From Enterobacter phage ZX14: DNA of 64,000 bases. The stretch lies in the sequence record PP236086.1. The stretch is one strand, 5' to 3'. Under the pieces are notes generated by a model. It did not search any database, was not told the DNA's origin, and worked only from the letters and a program-made list of their open reading frames with translations. How positions within the stretch are numbered: the stretch's first letter is position 1; each line of letters starts with the position of its first letter. Shown piece after piece: positions 62,644-64,000 of the stretch. A program made the position numbers and the translations under genes.

Positions 62644-62937
62644 TTATGCAAACGGGTCGTGAAGCTTATTACCAACTTTACGGAAGACTTTAGCAGCAAA
62701 TTTGTTGGTTGGGTTATCAACCATAATTTTACGCATTTGGCTTGTAGCTGCAGTACGAGCGGCTTTATAACCAGCGATATTATCTTTGATGGTTACACGT
62801 TTGCCACCAGGGCCGTCAACAGTTACTTTATAGACGCCTTCATCTTCACCTGGTTTGATTTCTTCAATCCAGATATAGCCACCCTGGACACGTTGAGCCT
62901 GGGCTGTTTCAGTGAGAAACTCTTGATAAGTTTTCAT
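62644..62937 (-). CDS. internal (injected) protein with capsid targeting sequence, 97 aa
   Basis: N-terminus MKTYQEFLTETA (CTS). Basic small protein. Confidence 0.55.
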   Translation of the reverse strand: MKTYQEFLTETAQAQRVQGGYIWIEEIKPGEDEGVYKVTVDGPGGKRVTIKDNIAGYKAARTAATSQMRKIMVDNPTNKFAAKVFRKVGNKLHDPFA

Positions 62938-62954
62938 TTTTAATCCTTAATTTA

Positions 62955-63371
62955 TTAGTTGTAGATAGCCTTACCATAATGTTTATACCACTGAGGCCTT
63001 TGAGCAATTTTTTCATCCAGACGCGCTTGAGAAATTTTAAGAGCGTCTGGAGTTGGAACATAATCATTGCGGAATTCGACCGGAATGTCGCTAATATCCT
63101 GAACAGTAATGTCCTGGATTTTAAAACCACGTTTTAAGCATTCCGCGATTAAGTCGATTTGACGTTTACGCAAGAACTCGAGCTTGTCATAAAAGAATGT
63201 TACATGACCTGTACCTAAAATGAAAACTGAAGAGATTTTAAAATCCTTGAGCTTTTTACCATTTTGAACGTGCTTACGAACAGCACCGAATACACGAGGT
63301 AATTCACGGTACTCTGCCATCAGGTGTTGGTCAGCCAGTTCAGATACTAAAGTTAAGTTAATGCGTGTCAT
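62955..63371 (-). CDS. denV: endonuclease V (pyrimidine-dimer DNA glycosylase)
   Basis: 138 aa, ~80 percent identical to T4 EndoV ([35 protein letters not shown]...). Confidence 0.95.
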   Translation of the reverse strand: MTRINLTLVSELADQHLMAEYRELPRVFGAVRKHVQNGKKLKDFKISSVFILGTGHVTFFYDKLEFLRKRQIDLIAECLKRGFKIQDITVQDISDIPVEFRNDYVPTPDALKISQARLDEKIAQRPQWYKHYGKAIYN

Positions 63372-63378
63372 TTTTAAT

Positions 63379-63432
63379 CTCCGTTTGTTTGGTATGAGAG
63401 TATCATAACACGGCCAAACGGAGTTGTAAACT
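63379..63432 (-). promoter_or_regulatory. early promoter embedded in inverted repeat (PeSL-like), drives denV
   Basis: GTTTAC (rc of 63427-63432). IR ctccgtttg (63379-63387) / caaacggag (63415-63423). Confidence 0.55.
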
Positions 63433-63739
63433 ACTTCTTAGAATAATCTGCCATTAGTGCAGCAATATCACTAAGTTTTTTACCAAACAGATATTCGACT
63501 TCATTACCTTTCTTATCTACGATCTGCCATTGGCCTGAACCTTTGTTGCCAAAGGTATAATCACCAACTTTATAAGAGAAGCCACCTACTTTTTTAATAG
63601 GAGTAAAAGTGAAACCACCTTTCTTAGCCAAGAATTCCATCCGACGCAGATCGTCAGCATCTTCATTCAAAGCCTGTTCAGCAATAAATTCATTATAGGT
63701 TTTCATATGCTTTCCAAGTACCAGTTTTAAAAGTTGCAA
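63431..63739 (-). CDS. internal (injected) protein with capsid targeting sequence, 102 aa (possible start at MKTY)
   Basis: Contains [12 protein letters not shown] (CTS) 11 residues after the first Met. The true start is likely the MKTY Met. Confidence 0.5.
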   Translation of the reverse strand: MQLLKLVLGKHMKTYNEFIAEQALNEDADDLRRMEFLAKKGGFTFTPIKKVGGFSYKVGDYTFGNKGSGQWQIVDKKGNEVEYLFGKKLSDIAALMADYSKK

Positions 63740-64000
63740 TCACGCGTTTAGCACGATTAGGGGTTTGAGATTTGTACCAGCGAGAATCAGCTAACTCGAT
63801 TGCGGCTTTGTCCCACTGTTTCGCTTTTAACAGACGCATACCTTTAGGGAAACCTGCTGTACCGGCAACACCCATCTGGAACACCATGTTAATTAATGCA
63901 CAGCGACGAACTTCATCTAGCACATCGTAAACAGGTTTTAGAGTAGCATTAGCCAAGATACCTTTACGAGCTTTTTCTACAGAAGAATTGAAAAGATTTT
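63693..64000 (-). CDS. e: lysozyme e (endolysin), C-terminal part; gene continues beyond window end
   Basis: [23 protein letters not shown]...[28 protein letters not shown] matches the T4 lysozyme C-terminal domain. The reading frame is open to position 64000. Confidence 0.85.
   Translation of the reverse strand, partial: NLFNSSVEKARKGILANATLKPVYDVLDEVRRCALINMVFQMGVAGTAGFPKGMRLLKAKQWDKAAIELADSRWYKSQTPNRAKRVIATFKTGTWKAYENL

Noticed and set aside
1-64000. Search for tRNA genes, homing endonucleases (GIY-YIG/HNH mob/seg), introns and transposases
   Set aside because: No cloverleaf-compatible segments or endonuclease signature motifs were seen. The T4 tRNA cluster and most mob genes map outside this interval or are absent in this lineage. 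Without a tool, low-scoring tRNAs cannot be excluded.

Overview
This window is the left arm of a T4-like (Tevenvirinae) myovirus genome, and its gene order follows the T4 map. Almost every gene is on the minus strand. From low to high coordinates the order is rIIB (partial), rIIA, a fused gp39/60 topoisomerase II subunit, dexA, dda, srd-like, a ModA/B-type ADP-ribosyltransferase, soc, gp56 dCTPase, gp61 primase, spackle, gp41 helicase, gp40, uvsX, gp42 dCMP hydroxymethylase, gp43 DNA polymerase, regA, gp62/44 clamp loader, gp45 clamp, gp46/47 nuclease, gp55 late sigma factor, nrdH, gp49 endonuclease VII, nrdC thioredoxin, a nrdC.x/mobD-like block of hypothetical genes, rI, tk, regB, denV, internal-protein genes and the start of lysozyme e (partial). 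Protein similarity to T4 is high for denV, regA, endonuclease VII and tk. The fused gp39/60, the absence of alpha- and beta-glucosyltransferases, and a sugar-nucleotide pathway next to gp42 point to an RB69-like (arabinosyl-hmC-type) relative. Intergenic regions carry many sigma70-type early promoters (GTTTAC -35 box) embedded in inverted repeats (PeSL-like cassettes), plus UUCG-tetraloop terminators. No tRNA genes, CRISPR arrays, transposases or homing endonucleases were recognised. The most unusual feature is a 504-aa Soc-paralog fusion that carries a C-terminal SGNH/GDSL esterase. It sits beside soc in its own promoter-gene-terminator cassette, bracketed by two identical terminators. Other notable items are a DNA hypermodification module (SIS isomerase, HAD phosphatase, kinase-nucleotidyltransferase fusion, P-loop kinase and a 299-aa candidate transferase) in the beta-gt/imm region; a TARG1/DarG-type macrodomain protein; four genes carrying the T4 capsid-targeting signal MKTYxEF(I/L); an AAA+ ATPase and Pol-beta nucleotidyltransferase pair; a TraR/DksA-like zinc-finger protein; and the absence of nrdD/nrdG between nrdH and gene 49.
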